From Thermoproteota archaeon (GTDB lineage Archaea > Korarchaeota > Korarchaeia > B14-G2), in the NCBI GenBank assembly GCA_037917675.1, contig JAVCBW010000008.1, positions 1-64,000 on the forward strand: DNA of 64,000 nt. The letters are read 5' to 3'. This document shows, in pieces, positions 28,856 through 38,093 of this stretch. Position numbers and translations under genes: made by a program. Numbering within the stretch: the first letter of the stretch is position 1; every line of letters begins with the position of its first letter. The notes under the pieces are model-generated. The model made no database searches, was not told where the DNA came from, and saw only the letters and a list, made by a program, of their open reading frames with translations.

Positions 28856-29856
28856 TTCATCATGTCTTCAGCTAGCTTAGCTACCATCTTCACTCCAATG
28901 ATCTCACTCTCATATAGTGGTATCATAGACCTGACCAGAGGCCATAGGTCTCTCCTTATCAGCTCCATGTACCCCTCCTGCTCCATATACTTGTTCACCA
29001 GGTAGTCTTCTGCTCCCTCCCTCATGGCGAGAGCCTTTGAGAGCACGCCATTCACGAACACGCCGCCAACTGGTATGTCAAATCCCTTCACCATGTTGAT
29101 GAACCTCTTTACCACTGAGATCGGGAGCGCGAGAGGTAGCGTGACGAAGAAGAAGGCTGTCTTATCAGGGTTGTTGAACACCTTTTTGGCTTCTTTGATC
29201 CTCTCTCTCATATCCATGAGGTCTCTCATCATGGGGTCCTTCCTGATCTCCTCCATGACCTTCTCCTTCCTAAAGGACAGCTTGACTCTGAGTGATAGTG
29301 CTTCTTCTCTGCTCTTTATCATCCTGTCAAGCCAGAGGTCATATATCTTGCTCAGCCCGAGGAGCCTCACTGCATTAGCTACAGCAGCACAGTCAAAGAC
29401 TATCTTATCATAGTTCTCCCCCTCCTTAAGCATGATGTCAATCATGTTGTCAAACATAGCTGACTCCTCGAAGGCTGGGTTTGTGGCTGCTATCTCGATG
29501 AATGGCTCAGCTTTAACCGGGATGTCAGCCCACTTCAGGAACCACCTGAGCCTCTCAGCTAGCTGCTTCTTGTATGCCTTAACCCTGTCCTTTATGTCGA
29601 CCTCTATGGCATACAGGTTCTTGACGCCTTCCACCGGCTTTACAACACCACCCCAGAGCTCCTGCTCAAACAGGCTGGAGAGGGAGTGCACTGGGTTAAG
29701 TGAGGCGAGGAGAGTCTTCTCGCCGCTCTCAGCGAAGTGGTATGCGAGCCCAGCTGCACACACTGTCTTTCCTACGCCTCCCTTCCCTCCTGTGAAGAGG
29801 AACTTCAAGCGTGGCTTTGAAGCCAGGTAGTCAGCTAGCGGGACAGGCTCACTCAA
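28831..29856 (-). CDS. ArsA/Get3-family ATPase, degenerate copy
   Basis: GGKGGVGKT intact. Switch I reads SLNPVHSL (usually STDPAHSL) and switch II reads DCAAVAN (usually DTAPTGH). Confidence 0.9.
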   Translation of the reverse strand: MSEPVPLADYLASKPRLKFLFTGGKGGVGKTVCAAGLAYHFAESGEKTLLASLNPVHSLSSLFEQELWGGVVKPVEGVKNLYAIEVDIKDRVKAYKKQLAERLRWFLKWADIPVKAEPFIEIAATNPAFEESAMFDNMIDIMLKEGENYDKIVFDCAAVANAVRLLGLSKIYDLWLDRMIKSREEALSLRVKLSFRKEKVMEEIRKDPMMRDLMDMRERIKEAKKVFNNPDKTAFFFVTLPLALPISVVKRFINMVKGFDIPVGGVFVNGVLSKALAMREGAEDYLVNKYMEQEGYMELIRRDLWPLVRSMIPLYESEIIGVKMVAKLAEDMMKWRPGVEI

Positions 29857-30866
29857 GCCACATCAACCTCCCAAGGCTTCTCAAACATGTGTTCAGCTAC
29901 CTTAGCTATCATCTCAAGCCCCTTAGGCTCCCTATCGAACATAGGGACAAGAGCTCTGATGTACTTCTCGAACTTCCCCCAGATCACCTCCATATACTTC
30001 TGCTGCATCTCAACTCTGTTTCTGAGGAATGTACTTATGTTCGGGTTCTTGAGGAGTGAAGGTGGATAGATCTGGTTCACAACTATTCCACTGAGCTTTA
30101 TGTCCAGCTTATCGAACATCTCTAGAGCTCGCTCAGTGTCCAGTATGGCCATCTTCTCAGGTATGATCACCATGAAGAAAGCGCAAGTCTTCGGGTTCGT
30201 CAGTGTCTCCCTGAAGAAGTCTAGCTTCCCTCTGATGTTTCTCAGCTCAACCAGAACCTCGTCTTCAGCTCTAGCTGAGAGCCCTCTGAGCCTAGCTACA
30301 GCCTCCTCGTATTCAGCTGCCCTCTTCCTAGTCTCCTCCATCTTATCTATCCAGGCATCGAGTATCTGAGCCATCGAGATCATCCTGACTCCATGCCCGA
30401 AGGGAGGCATGTCAAATATGTAGATGTCATATTCGCCTTTAGCTAGGAGCTCAGCCATGGCATCGTATGTAGCTGACTCGTGCATAGCTGGCTCGGCAGC
30501 AGCTGTCTTTATGTACTCATCTATCTCAGCTGGGATCTCCTCTACCTTGTAGAGCTCCTTGATCTTAGCTCTGACTTCCTCCTGGAACTCAGCTATCCTC
30601 CTGTCAGCATCTATCTCAACTACATAGAGGCTTGGAGCAACCTCTATGACGCCTCTACCGAAGATATCTCTCTCGAATATGTCGCTAAGCGAGGCCTGTG
30701 GGTCTGTGCTGAAGCATAGCGGCCTCTTGCCTCTCTTAGAGAACCAGTATGCTGTTGCGGCGCTAGCTGTAGTCTTCCCAAGCCCACCCTTACCAGCATA
30801 CACCACTATCCTCAGCTCAGGATTCTCCTCAAAGAAGTCCTTAAGAGACTTAGGCATGGCAGCCAC
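29853..30866 (-). CDS. ArsA/Get3-family ATPase
   Basis: AGKGGLGKTT, STDPQASLSD, FDMPPFGH, V.IPEKMAILDTER, VVNQI. Confidence 0.92.
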   Translation of the reverse strand: MAAMPKSLKDFFEENPELRIVVYAGKGGLGKTTASAATAYWFSKRGKRPLCFSTDPQASLSDIFERDIFGRGVIEVAPSLYVVEIDADRRIAEFQEEVRAKIKELYKVEEIPAEIDEYIKTAAAEPAMHESATYDAMAELLAKGEYDIYIFDMPPFGHGVRMISMAQILDAWIDKMEETRKRAAEYEEAVARLRGLSARAEDEVLVELRNIRGKLDFFRETLTNPKTCAFFMVIIPEKMAILDTERALEMFDKLDIKLSGIVVNQIYPPSLLKNPNISTFLRNRVEMQQKYMEVIWGKFEKYIRALVPMFDREPKGLEMIAKVAEHMFEKPWEVDVA

Positions 30867-31178
30867 CTAGTATAGTAGGTCAGTGACGTCACGCTCACGG
30901 AACAAGCTTCTCTTCCAGGTCTTAATGTGCGGTATAGCATATGGCAGCAGCTTCAGTGAGTAGTATGGTGGCAGTATTGGGAACCCAAGCATATCTCCTA
31001 GCGTTATCAGCATAAAGAGGTGCTCAAGGTACATCCTGGTCTTCAGCATGTATCTTACCATCCCGTGAGAAGCCATGCCATAGAATATCCCCTTGATAGC
31101 CTCTTTAGCCTCCTCCTTAAGGCTTTCTCTCTTCTTAACCTCCTCCTCCTTGCTCTTCTTAAGCATAGGATCCCCCAA
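30867..31178 (-). CDS. Small hydrophobic CstA/ArsA-associated protein (cory-CC-star-like)
   Basis: EHLFMLITLGDMLGFPILPPYYSLKLLPY; lies between cstA and the ATPases. Confidence 0.75.
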   Translation of the reverse strand: MGDPMLKKSKEEEVKKRESLKEEAKEAIKGIFYGMASHGMVRYMLKTRMYLEHLFMLITLGDMLGFPILPPYYSLKLLPYAIPHIKTWKRSLFRERDVTDLLY

Positions 31179-31179
31179 C

Positions 31180-31222
31180 TGTAATGTAGGGTGTTACTTT
31201 TATAACTTTTCCAAAAAGAATG
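31180..31222 (-). promoter_or_regulatory. Probable T-rich terminator after cstA plus an internal BRE/TATA promoter for the downstream genes
   Basis: Minus strand reads TTCTTTTT then GAAAAGTTATAAAA, about 20-25 nt before the TTG at 31178. Confidence 0.45.
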
Positions 31223-31226
31223 AGGG

Positions 31227-32909
31227 TTAGCTGGCTGCCTTAGCCTTCCTATAGGATCTGAAGGCATCTATGGCGACTACTAGGCCTAGTATGAACAGCA
31301 CTATCCCAACTACTCCGAATATGGCATTTAGGGCTTTAGCAGCCAGCGTTCCAGCCTTCATTGGAGGCCTGACTAGCTGCCCCATCTTCAGGAAGAAGTC
31401 CTTCGTCTCCCATAGCAGAGCTGCTTCACACGTAACTATCATGAAGAGCGCTGGACCCAGGGTATATATTGTCGGCTTCTTGACTCTAGCCAAGTATATC
31501 GTGACCAGTGTGAGAGCTAGCCCAGCTAGCAGCTGGTTTGAGCCACCGAACAGCAGCCATAGGTTGATCCAGGCTCCAGTGTAAGCAAATACCCCTGCTA
31601 CCAAGAGCCCTACTATGGTGCCACCCCACTTTCCACCTAGTGTGGCCTTCAATGGTGGTATTCCACTCGTGACCTCGCCGAGTGTCAGCCAGAAGAACCT
31701 TATGGCTATCATGGCTATTGTGAGCGCGTAGAGCTCAAGCCACATGCCATAGAATGCCTCTATGTAGGGTTCTCCGCCTGTTATCGGTGCTATGAGCTTC
31801 TTCGCGCCACAGACTAGGCAAGCCCAATTTACACCACCTAGCTTCTCGATCTCAGCTGGAGTTAAGACCATGTATGCTGCCAGCGACATCAAAGCTAGGA
31901 GGCCCTCAGTCAGCATTGCACCTCCACCTACTGGTAAGGCATCTGTCTCAACATCGAGCTGTGAGGCTGAGCCTGAAGTGCTTATCAGGCTGTGCCACCC
32001 TGATATCGCCCCACATGCTATAGAAACTGTCAGGAGAGGCCATAGTGGCCCCGCCTTAGCCATGAAGCCGAGGTAGCCTGGCTGCTCGATCCTCACACCT
32101 GTAGCTGGAGACGCTAATGCAGCGATGAACAGCAGCAGTATCCCGAATATAGCTGGGAAGGAGGCTACATAGACTACTGGCTGAGTGACCCACATTAGTG
32201 GGGCGACAGCTGCTATGAAGAGTATGGCTGCTGTAAAGACCATCCAGAGAACTAGGCTCGGGTGCTTTATTGGAACCTTTACTCCAAGCACTACGCCTAT
32301 TACTGTTATGATCAGCCCTACTAGCGTGGAGGTTGCGACTCCCCACTTAGCTTTGTAGAGGAGGACTCCACTGATCACTCCACCTATCACTAGGAAGACC
32401 ATTGCTAGGACTGAAGCAGGGAAGACCTTGAAGAACAGCGAGCAGAGGACCATAAAGACTGCTATGATCAGGATGAGGTAGAACACGAGGAAGCCTAAGA
32501 GCGCCCTCCTAGCTCTTGGGCTTATCAGCTCATAGCTGAGTGGCCCCATCGTCTTGCCTTCATTTCTCACTGAGAGCATCAGGGAGCTGTAGTCGTGTAT
32601 CCACCCTATGAAGAAGTTGCCTAGGAGTATCCATATGAGGGCTGGAACCCACCCATACATCAGTGCTATGAATGGGCCTAGTATTGGTCCTAGGCCAGCT
32701 ATCCCCTTGAACTGGAATCCATATAGCACGTACTTGCTGACTGGGAAGAACGTTATTCCATCCATGTAAGTGTGAGCTGGAGTAGGCTTCTTCGGGTCAG
32801 GCTCCCATACGCGTCTGTCATACCACTTGGCGTAAGCGAAGTAGGCTAGTGCGTATATTATCACACCTAGGACGACGAACCATATTGGATACATTCTAGC
32901 ACCTACCAC
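31227..32909 (-). CDS. cstA: Carbon starvation protein CstA-family transporter
   Basis: PTPAH..MDG..F.P, L.G.QF..IAG.GPILGP, WPLL..SIACGAISGWHSL, GAMLTEG, W.LFG.SNQLLA. Confidence 0.93.
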   Translation of the reverse strand: MVGARMYPIWFVVLGVIIYALAYFAYAKWYDRRVWEPDPKKPTPAHTYMDGITFFPVSKYVLYGFQFKGIAGLGPILGPFIALMYGWVPALIWILLGNFFIGWIHDYSSLMLSVRNEGKTMGPLSYELISPRARRALLGFLVFYLILIIAVFMVLCSLFFKVFPASVLAMVFLVIGGVISGVLLYKAKWGVATSTLVGLIITVIGVVLGVKVPIKHPSLVLWMVFTAAILFIAAVAPLMWVTQPVVYVASFPAIFGILLLFIAALASPATGVRIEQPGYLGFMAKAGPLWPLLTVSIACGAISGWHSLISTSGSASQLDVETDALPVGGGAMLTEGLLALMSLAAYMVLTPAEIEKLGGVNWACLVCGAKKLIAPITGGEPYIEAFYGMWLELYALTIAMIAIRFFWLTLGEVTSGIPPLKATLGGKWGGTIVGLLVAGVFAYTGAWINLWLLFGGSNQLLAGLALTLVTIYLARVKKPTIYTLGPALFMIVTCEAALLWETKDFFLKMGQLVRPPMKAGTLAAKALNAIFGVVGIVLFILGLVVAIDAFRSYRKAKAAS

Positions 32910-33006
32910 AGCAGGCTAATGCCCCTACGTCAGGAGACTTAAAAAAGCTTTCGGAAACCATCGAAGAAGAGCTTCCCTTTCGACATAAAACAAAGCTCTC
33001 TGAGAG

Positions 33007-33516
33007 CTAGTGGCATGTGATAGAGGTGAGGAGTTCAAGTATCTCATGCAGACAGCTATCTACGTGGTCTGGAGCCCCCTCGACAGCTAGCCTCATGGTA
33101 CGCTTGGTTTCATGGCAGTACAGCACCATTTTGACCTCCATTCTCCTTCCTCCAAAGAGGCTCTTAGCTTCTCTCACAGCATAGTATGCCCTATGTCCTC
33201 CTACCATGGCCTCGCTTATACTCTCCACACCTACACCGAGGCTTCTTGCAGCTCTCCTCCTAGTTAGATCCCTACTAGATCTCCTAGCTCTGATCTCGAA
33301 CCTCAGAGGCTTCCTCCTGCCGGCATAGAGGTCTAGGATTATATAGCCGCTGGCAGCCCACCTCATCCCCTGGTGCTCAGTGTACTCCTCGACATCAGGA
33401 GGATAGGGGGTGGGCCTTATAGCCCATCCCTCAGGCAGCTTGAACTTAGCGAACACACATTCTCCTAGCACAATGTTCCTAGCCCACACTGTTGACTCCA
33501 AGCATACTACCTCCAA
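33007..33516 (-). CDS. Hypothetical protein upstream of cstA, ending in TCH
   Basis: 169-aa ORF filling the gap, TTG start, host-like codon usage. Confidence 0.6.
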   Translation of the reverse strand: MEVVCLESTVWARNIVLGECVFAKFKLPEGWAIRPTPYPPDVEEYTEHQGMRWAASGYIILDLYAGRRKPLRFEIRARRSSRDLTRRRAARSLGVGVESISEAMVGGHRAYYAVREAKSLFGGRRMEVKMVLYCHETKRTMRLAVEGAPDHVDSCLHEILELLTSITCH

Positions 33517-33577
33517 GCTAGCCTGCTACAAGCCTGCCCAAAAATTTATACGCTGCTAGCTCACATGATATGGGATA

Positions 33578-33832
33578 GTGTTGAGGGGGCTTAAGAGGAA
33601 GATCAGGGAGCTCCTTTTCGGGTTCCTTGTCTTAGAGCCTGTTAAGACTCTGGAGAAGGCTAAGTTCAGAGAGGAGTGTGCTATGATGACTGCTACGCTA
33701 GGAGACATGCTTGGGATCCCATTCACACCTCCAATCTACAGGCTGAGGCTTCTCGCAGCCTGGGCTCCACTAGTTGGGCTCTGGAAGAGGGAGGTTTTCA
33801 GAGAGAAGGACATAGTCGAGAGGCTAGAGTAG
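33578..33832 (+). CDS. Second small CstA/ArsA-associated protein, paralog of 30867-31178
   Basis: TLGDMLGIPFTPPIYRLRLL...WKREVFREKDI aligns with TLGDMLGFPILPPYYSLKLL...WKRSLFRERDV. Confidence 0.8.
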   Translation: MLRGLKRKIRELLFGFLVLEPVKTLEKAKFREECAMMTATLGDMLGIPFTPPIYRLRLLAAWAPLVGLWKREVFREKDIVERLE

Positions 33833-33862
33833 CTTTATTACCTACGTACCCAATGGGTACCT

Positions 33863-35137
33863 ATGAGCTTAAGCTGGGCTAGCAGCATAGAGACTAAGCT
33901 ACTCTACTATGATGACCCATATCTCAGCGAGTTTGAGAGCAGGGTTGCAGTAGCCCGCAGTGAGGGCGGTAAGCTATATGTCGTGCTGGAGGAGACATGC
34001 TTCCACCCTGAGGGAGGTGGGCAGCCTGGTGACACAGGGATCTTAGAGTGGGGCGGCGGCGTCTTGAGAGTAGTAGACACGAAGCTCTCTGGCAGAGCTG
34101 TAGTCCACGTGTGTGAGGGGAGACAGCTTCCTAGAGCAGGAGAGCTCGTCAGAGGCAAAATAGACTGGGGTAGAAGATACCAGCTGATGAAGAGTCACAC
34201 AGCATCCCACATAGTCTTCTCAGCTGCTAGACGCGTCCTCGGCGTAGAGAAGCTGGTATACAAGGGCTTCCAGATAGATCTAGAGAAGGTTAGAATGGAC
34301 ATCAGCTATGGGAAGCCTATAGCTAGAGAGCAGCTTGAGAGGATAGAGCAGCTAGCTAACACCATAGCCATGGAAGGTAGGAGAGTCAGGTGGATGATGA
34401 TGAGTAGAGAGGAAGCTGAGAGGAGGTATGGGAGTAAGCTTGGGGTCACAGAGGTCACGCCAGCAGGTGAGGTGAGGGTTGTTGAGGTAGAAGGCTGGGA
34501 TGTCTCCTTGTGTAGTGGCACACATGTCAAGCTGACATCTGAGGTATCTCCTATAAGGATTCTAGGGAGGACGAGGCTTCAGAAGGGTGTTGAGAGGCTT
34601 GAGTTCGCAGCTGGAGAGCCAGCCTATAAGGCTGTACTCCAGCAGCTTAAGCTAGCTGAGCAGGCAGCTAGGATCCTAGGAGTTAGCTTAAGCAAGCTCC
34701 CTGATGCAGCTGATGCTGCAGCAAGAGAGAAGAGCAAGCTGAGGAAGGAGCTAGCTAAGCTTAGTGCTCAGCTGGCAGAGTATGTGGCCAGCGAGCTAGC
34801 TAGGAAGGCTGAGCAGGCTGGGCAGGTCAGGTACCTTGTAGGGAAGCTGAGCCTCCCGCCAGATGTACTGAAGAAAGCTGCCCTCACAGCTGTAGCAAGA
34901 GACCCAAGCCTAGTTGTGATATTAGGCAGCGGAGGCTCCTTAGCCATAGCAGCTGGCTCAAAGGCTGTAGAGGCTGGCGTGAGCTGCATACAGCTATTCA
35001 AGGAGGCTACCAGAGAGAGGGGCAAGGGAGGAGGTGGAGTGAAGTTCGCTCAGGGCTCGGTTGGAGGGAGTCTAGAGCAAGCTCTCAAGGAGGCTGCTAG
35101 CCTGCTCCATAGGATGCTAGGTGTAGAAGCTCTCTAA
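33863..35137 (+). CDS. Free-standing alanyl-tRNA editing protein (AlaX, long form with C-terminal DHHA1/C-Ala domain)
   Basis: LYYDDPY, FHPEGGGQPGDTG, HTASH and CSGTH zinc motifs, KGGGG..FAQG. Confidence 0.88.
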   Translation: MSLSWASSIETKLLYYDDPYLSEFESRVAVARSEGGKLYVVLEETCFHPEGGGQPGDTGILEWGGGVLRVVDTKLSGRAVVHVCEGRQLPRAGELVRGKIDWGRRYQLMKSHTASHIVFSAARRVLGVEKLVYKGFQIDLEKVRMDISYGKPIAREQLERIEQLANTIAMEGRRVRWMMMSREEAERRYGSKLGVTEVTPAGEVRVVEVEGWDVSLCSGTHVKLTSEVSPIRILGRTRLQKGVERLEFAAGEPAYKAVLQQLKLAEQAARILGVSLSKLPDAADAAAREKSKLRKELAKLSAQLAEYVASELARKAEQAGQVRYLVGKLSLPPDVLKKAALTAVARDPSLVVILGSGGSLAIAAGSKAVEAGVSCIQLFKEATRERGKGGGGVKFAQGSVGGSLEQALKEAASLLHRMLGVEAL

Positions 35138-35740
35138 GGTCGCTTCCTCTCCTCTCGACTTCCTTAGCAGGCTACCTAGCTTGCTCCAATCCCTAAACAT
35201 CGCTTCTCTGAGCGGCGGCTTATAGAGTGCTGCAGCAGGATGGTACATTGCTACAACAGTCACCTCACCATACCTCAGCTCTCCTCTGAAGGCTTTGCCG
35301 TGTATCGATGTTATAGCTCTAGGCTTGACCCCTATCTTCTCTAGGATGTATTCTGCTGAGAACCTGCCCAATGTACATATCACCCTAGGCTCTATGCACG
35401 TGATCTGCCTGTCTAAGAATGGAGTGCAGGCCTGTACTTCAGCTGGAAGAGGGTCTCTATTGCCTGGCGGCCTGCACTTCAGCACATTCGTTATGTATAC
35501 CTCTTCTCTTGAAAGCCCTGCTGCATTGAGGAGCTCACCCAGCAGCTTCCCAGCTGCTCCCACAAAAGGCCTACCATGCTGGTCTTCACTCCTACCAGGA
35601 GCCTCTCCTATGAGCATGACTTCAGCTTCCTGAGGGCCCTCACCTGGGACAGGGTTTGTCCTGGTCTTCCAGAGGCTACACCTCTTGCACTCAGCTACCT
35701 CCCTAGCTATATCCTCCAGCTCCCTCCCCATACCAACCAC
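35117..35740 (-). CDS. udg: Family 4 uracil-DNA glycosylase
   Basis: CKRCSL, IGEAPG, GRPFVGAAG, KCRPPGNRDP, YHPAA. Confidence 0.95.
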   Translation of the reverse strand: MVGMGRELEDIAREVAECKRCSLWKTRTNPVPGEGPQEAEVMLIGEAPGRSEDQHGRPFVGAAGKLLGELLNAAGLSREEVYITNVLKCRPPGNRDPLPAEVQACTPFLDRQITCIEPRVICTLGRFSAEYILEKIGVKPRAITSIHGKAFRGELRYGEVTVVAMYHPAAALYKPPLREAMFRDWSKLGSLLRKSRGEEATLESFYT

Positions 35741-37026
35741 TAGATGACGAAGAGCTCTCTCTGCACTCTCCTAGCTCTCAGGCTCAGGTCCTCTACCTTA
35801 AATCTCCTTCCACCATAGAGCTCAGCCTCCTCTCTGCCAAAGTAGAGTGCTGCAGCTATCCTGCCGACGGCATCAGCCTTCATGATCCCACTTCCACTTA
35901 AGCCTGTCGCCACTATGAGCCCTGGCTCCTTCAGGACTACTGGCTGGGCATCAAGGCTGTTCACAGCATAGAGGCCTGCGAAGGCGCTAGCTGGCCTTGC
36001 TCCCTCGAAGTGAGGCATGTACTTCGAGAGAATCGGGTATATGCCATAGCTATAGTAGTTTTCCTCAGGCTGAGGGTCCTCCTCAAGCTTGAAAGGCCTC
36101 CCCAGATCGTCTCCGAGCCCAACCCAAAAGCTGACCTCCTCTAGGTTAGGCCTCACATATATTCCATTTGGAAGTATCGTCATGGGTAGGCAGCCTTCTT
36201 CATTGAAGCCCTCCACTCTGAGGAGGTCAGCTAGCCTCCCTGACCTAGCTGATATCACGAAGACCTGCCTCTTCTTAGGCTTAGTTAGGCAGTCTACTCC
36301 AAGCGGGTCTAGGAGCTGGTAGGACCATGCTCCTGCAGCCACTATGGTCGCTTCAGCCCTTATCTCGCCTTTAGTCGTCTCTGCTCCAGATACCCTGGGG
36401 CTCTGCCATGGGTAGGGCTCCCCTGGCATCCCAAGCTTCTCCTCAGGCTCAAAGAGGAGCCTCTTGACCTCAGTGTTATATGAGGCTTCTCCACCCAAGT
36501 CCCTGAACTCCCTCTCATAGTACTTTACAAGGAGCTCTGGGTCTAGCAAGCCTGCCTTTATGCATTGTACTCCGACCTCAATGTCCTCTAGCCCAAGCTC
36601 TCTAGCCTCCTCTTCCCCAGAGACCCTGGCTTTGAGCCCTATCTTCTCCTCGAGCTCGCCTGCATCATACACCTTATACTCGAGCCCCCTCCTCCCCATC
36701 TCCTCTATCACAGGCTTAAGCCTCTCATACTGCCTCCCAGAGAGGAGGAAGAGGTAGCTTACAGCCTTAAGCTTGAGGTCAACACCCTTGCTCTGTAGGT
36801 CCATGTAGAAGCTTACTGAGCTATCAGCTAGCAGGAAGTTTGTCTCAGAGTAGAAGAAGTTTCTGAAGCAGGCAGCGCTCCTAGCTGTGTTCCCCTGGCC
36901 AGCTGCACCATGCTTATCCACTAGGAGGACCCTGAGGCTAGGGTCTTCCCTCTTAATGTGGTAGGCTGTGCTACAGCCTACTATGCCAGCTCCAATAACG
37001 AGGACATCATACACAGAGCTCACCAC
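35740..37026 (-). CDS. FAD-dependent oxidoreductase (DAO/sarcosine-proline dehydrogenase beta-like)
   Basis: IGAGIVG, GNTARSA, AAGAWS, AGLY...LDAQP, GLSGSGIMKA. Confidence 0.88.
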   Translation of the reverse strand: MVSSVYDVLVIGAGIVGCSTAYHIKREDPSLRVLLVDKHGAAGQGNTARSAACFRNFFYSETNFLLADSSVSFYMDLQSKGVDLKLKAVSYLFLLSGRQYERLKPVIEEMGRRGLEYKVYDAGELEEKIGLKARVSGEEEARELGLEDIEVGVQCIKAGLLDPELLVKYYEREFRDLGGEASYNTEVKRLLFEPEEKLGMPGEPYPWQSPRVSGAETTKGEIRAEATIVAAGAWSYQLLDPLGVDCLTKPKKRQVFVISARSGRLADLLRVEGFNEEGCLPMTILPNGIYVRPNLEEVSFWVGLGDDLGRPFKLEEDPQPEENYYSYGIYPILSKYMPHFEGARPASAFAGLYAVNSLDAQPVVLKEPGLIVATGLSGSGIMKADAVGRIAAALYFGREEAELYGGRRFKVEDLSLRARRVQRELFVI

Positions 37027-37147
37027 CTTACTACTGTGCTGTGAAAAACTTTTCCACGCATTGTCTCAGCTACCATGCCACGAAGACGCTGCCTAGCATA
37101 TGAGGGAACTGTTAAAAAATCTGTGTCTCCAGCAAGCTGGTGGCTGC

Positions 37148-38092
37148 ATGAGCTCTGACGTATATGATGTGATCGTCGTAGGGGCTGGGCCAGCTGGCTT
37201 GACTGCTGCAATATATGCCTCTAGGCTTAAGCTGAAGACTCTAGTGATAGGTGCTGTGCCAGGAGGCCTAGTCACTGAGGCATACATTGTAGAAAACTAC
37301 CCTGGCTTCAAGTCGATAAGGGGTTTCGAGCTTGCATCGAGGATTGTTGAGCATGCAAAGGAGTGTGGAGCTGAGATCCTAGAGGGCCAGAGGGTAGTCA
37401 AAGCTAGGAGGCTAGATGGGCTCTTTGAGGTTGAGACAGACTGGGGTGAAGCCTACAGGAGCAGAGCTCTGATACTAGCCTATGGGCTAAGGAGGAGGAA
37501 GCTAGGTGTGCCAGGTGAGGAGAAGCTAGCTGGCAGAGGCGTAAGCTACTGTGCAGTCTGTGATGCACCACTCTTCAAGGGTAAGGTCGTAGCAGTCATA
37601 GGAGGCTCAGATTCAGCTGTGACAGGAGCACTCCAGCTTGCTGAGGTAGCTGAGAAGGTCTATATAATATATAGGAGAGGGAAGCTTAGAGCTGAGCCAG
37701 CCTGGGTCGAGAGGGCTCTAGGCAACCCTAAGATAGAGGTTATATACAACACGAAAGTCGTGGAGATAGTAGGAGAGGAGAAGCTCGACTACGTCATCTT
37801 AGACAGCCCATATAAGGGGAGCAGAGAGCTCAAGCTAGATGGCCTCTTCGTGGAGATAGGGTTTGAGCCAGACCCTACGCTAGCGAGGCAGCTTGGAGTA
37901 GAGCTGGATGAGGAGGGGCTCATAAAGATAAAACCAGACTGCTCAACAAGCATCCCAGGGGTTTTTGCTGCTGGAGATGCTACAACAGGCTCAAATAAGC
38001 TGAGGCAGATAGTGACCTCAGCAGCAGAAGGAGCTATAGCAGCTGAAAGCGTCTACCTCTACCTGGCAAGGCAGAAGGTAGAGAGAGGTTAG
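37148..38092 (+). CDS. trxB: Thioredoxin reductase (start revised to ATG 37148)
   Basis: GAGPAGLTAAIY, GVSYCAVCD, GVFAAGD. Confidence 0.93.
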   Translation: MSSDVYDVIVVGAGPAGLTAAIYASRLKLKTLVIGAVPGGLVTEAYIVENYPGFKSIRGFELASRIVEHAKECGAEILEGQRVVKARRLDGLFEVETDWGEAYRSRALILAYGLRRRKLGVPGEEKLAGRGVSYCAVCDAPLFKGKVVAVIGGSDSAVTGALQLAEVAEKVYIIYRRGKLRAEPAWVERALGNPKIEVIYNTKVVEIVGEEKLDYVILDSPYKGSRELKLDGLFVEIGFEPDPTLARQLGVELDEEGLIKIKPDCSTSIPGVFAAGDATTGSNKLRQIVTSAAEGAIAAESVYLYLARQKVERG

Positions 38093-38093
38093 C

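Noticed and set aside
28831-30866. Arsenic-resistance operon
   Set aside because: No arsB/acr3/arsC/arsR/arsD nearby, the DTAPTGH motif is altered, and the context is cstA.
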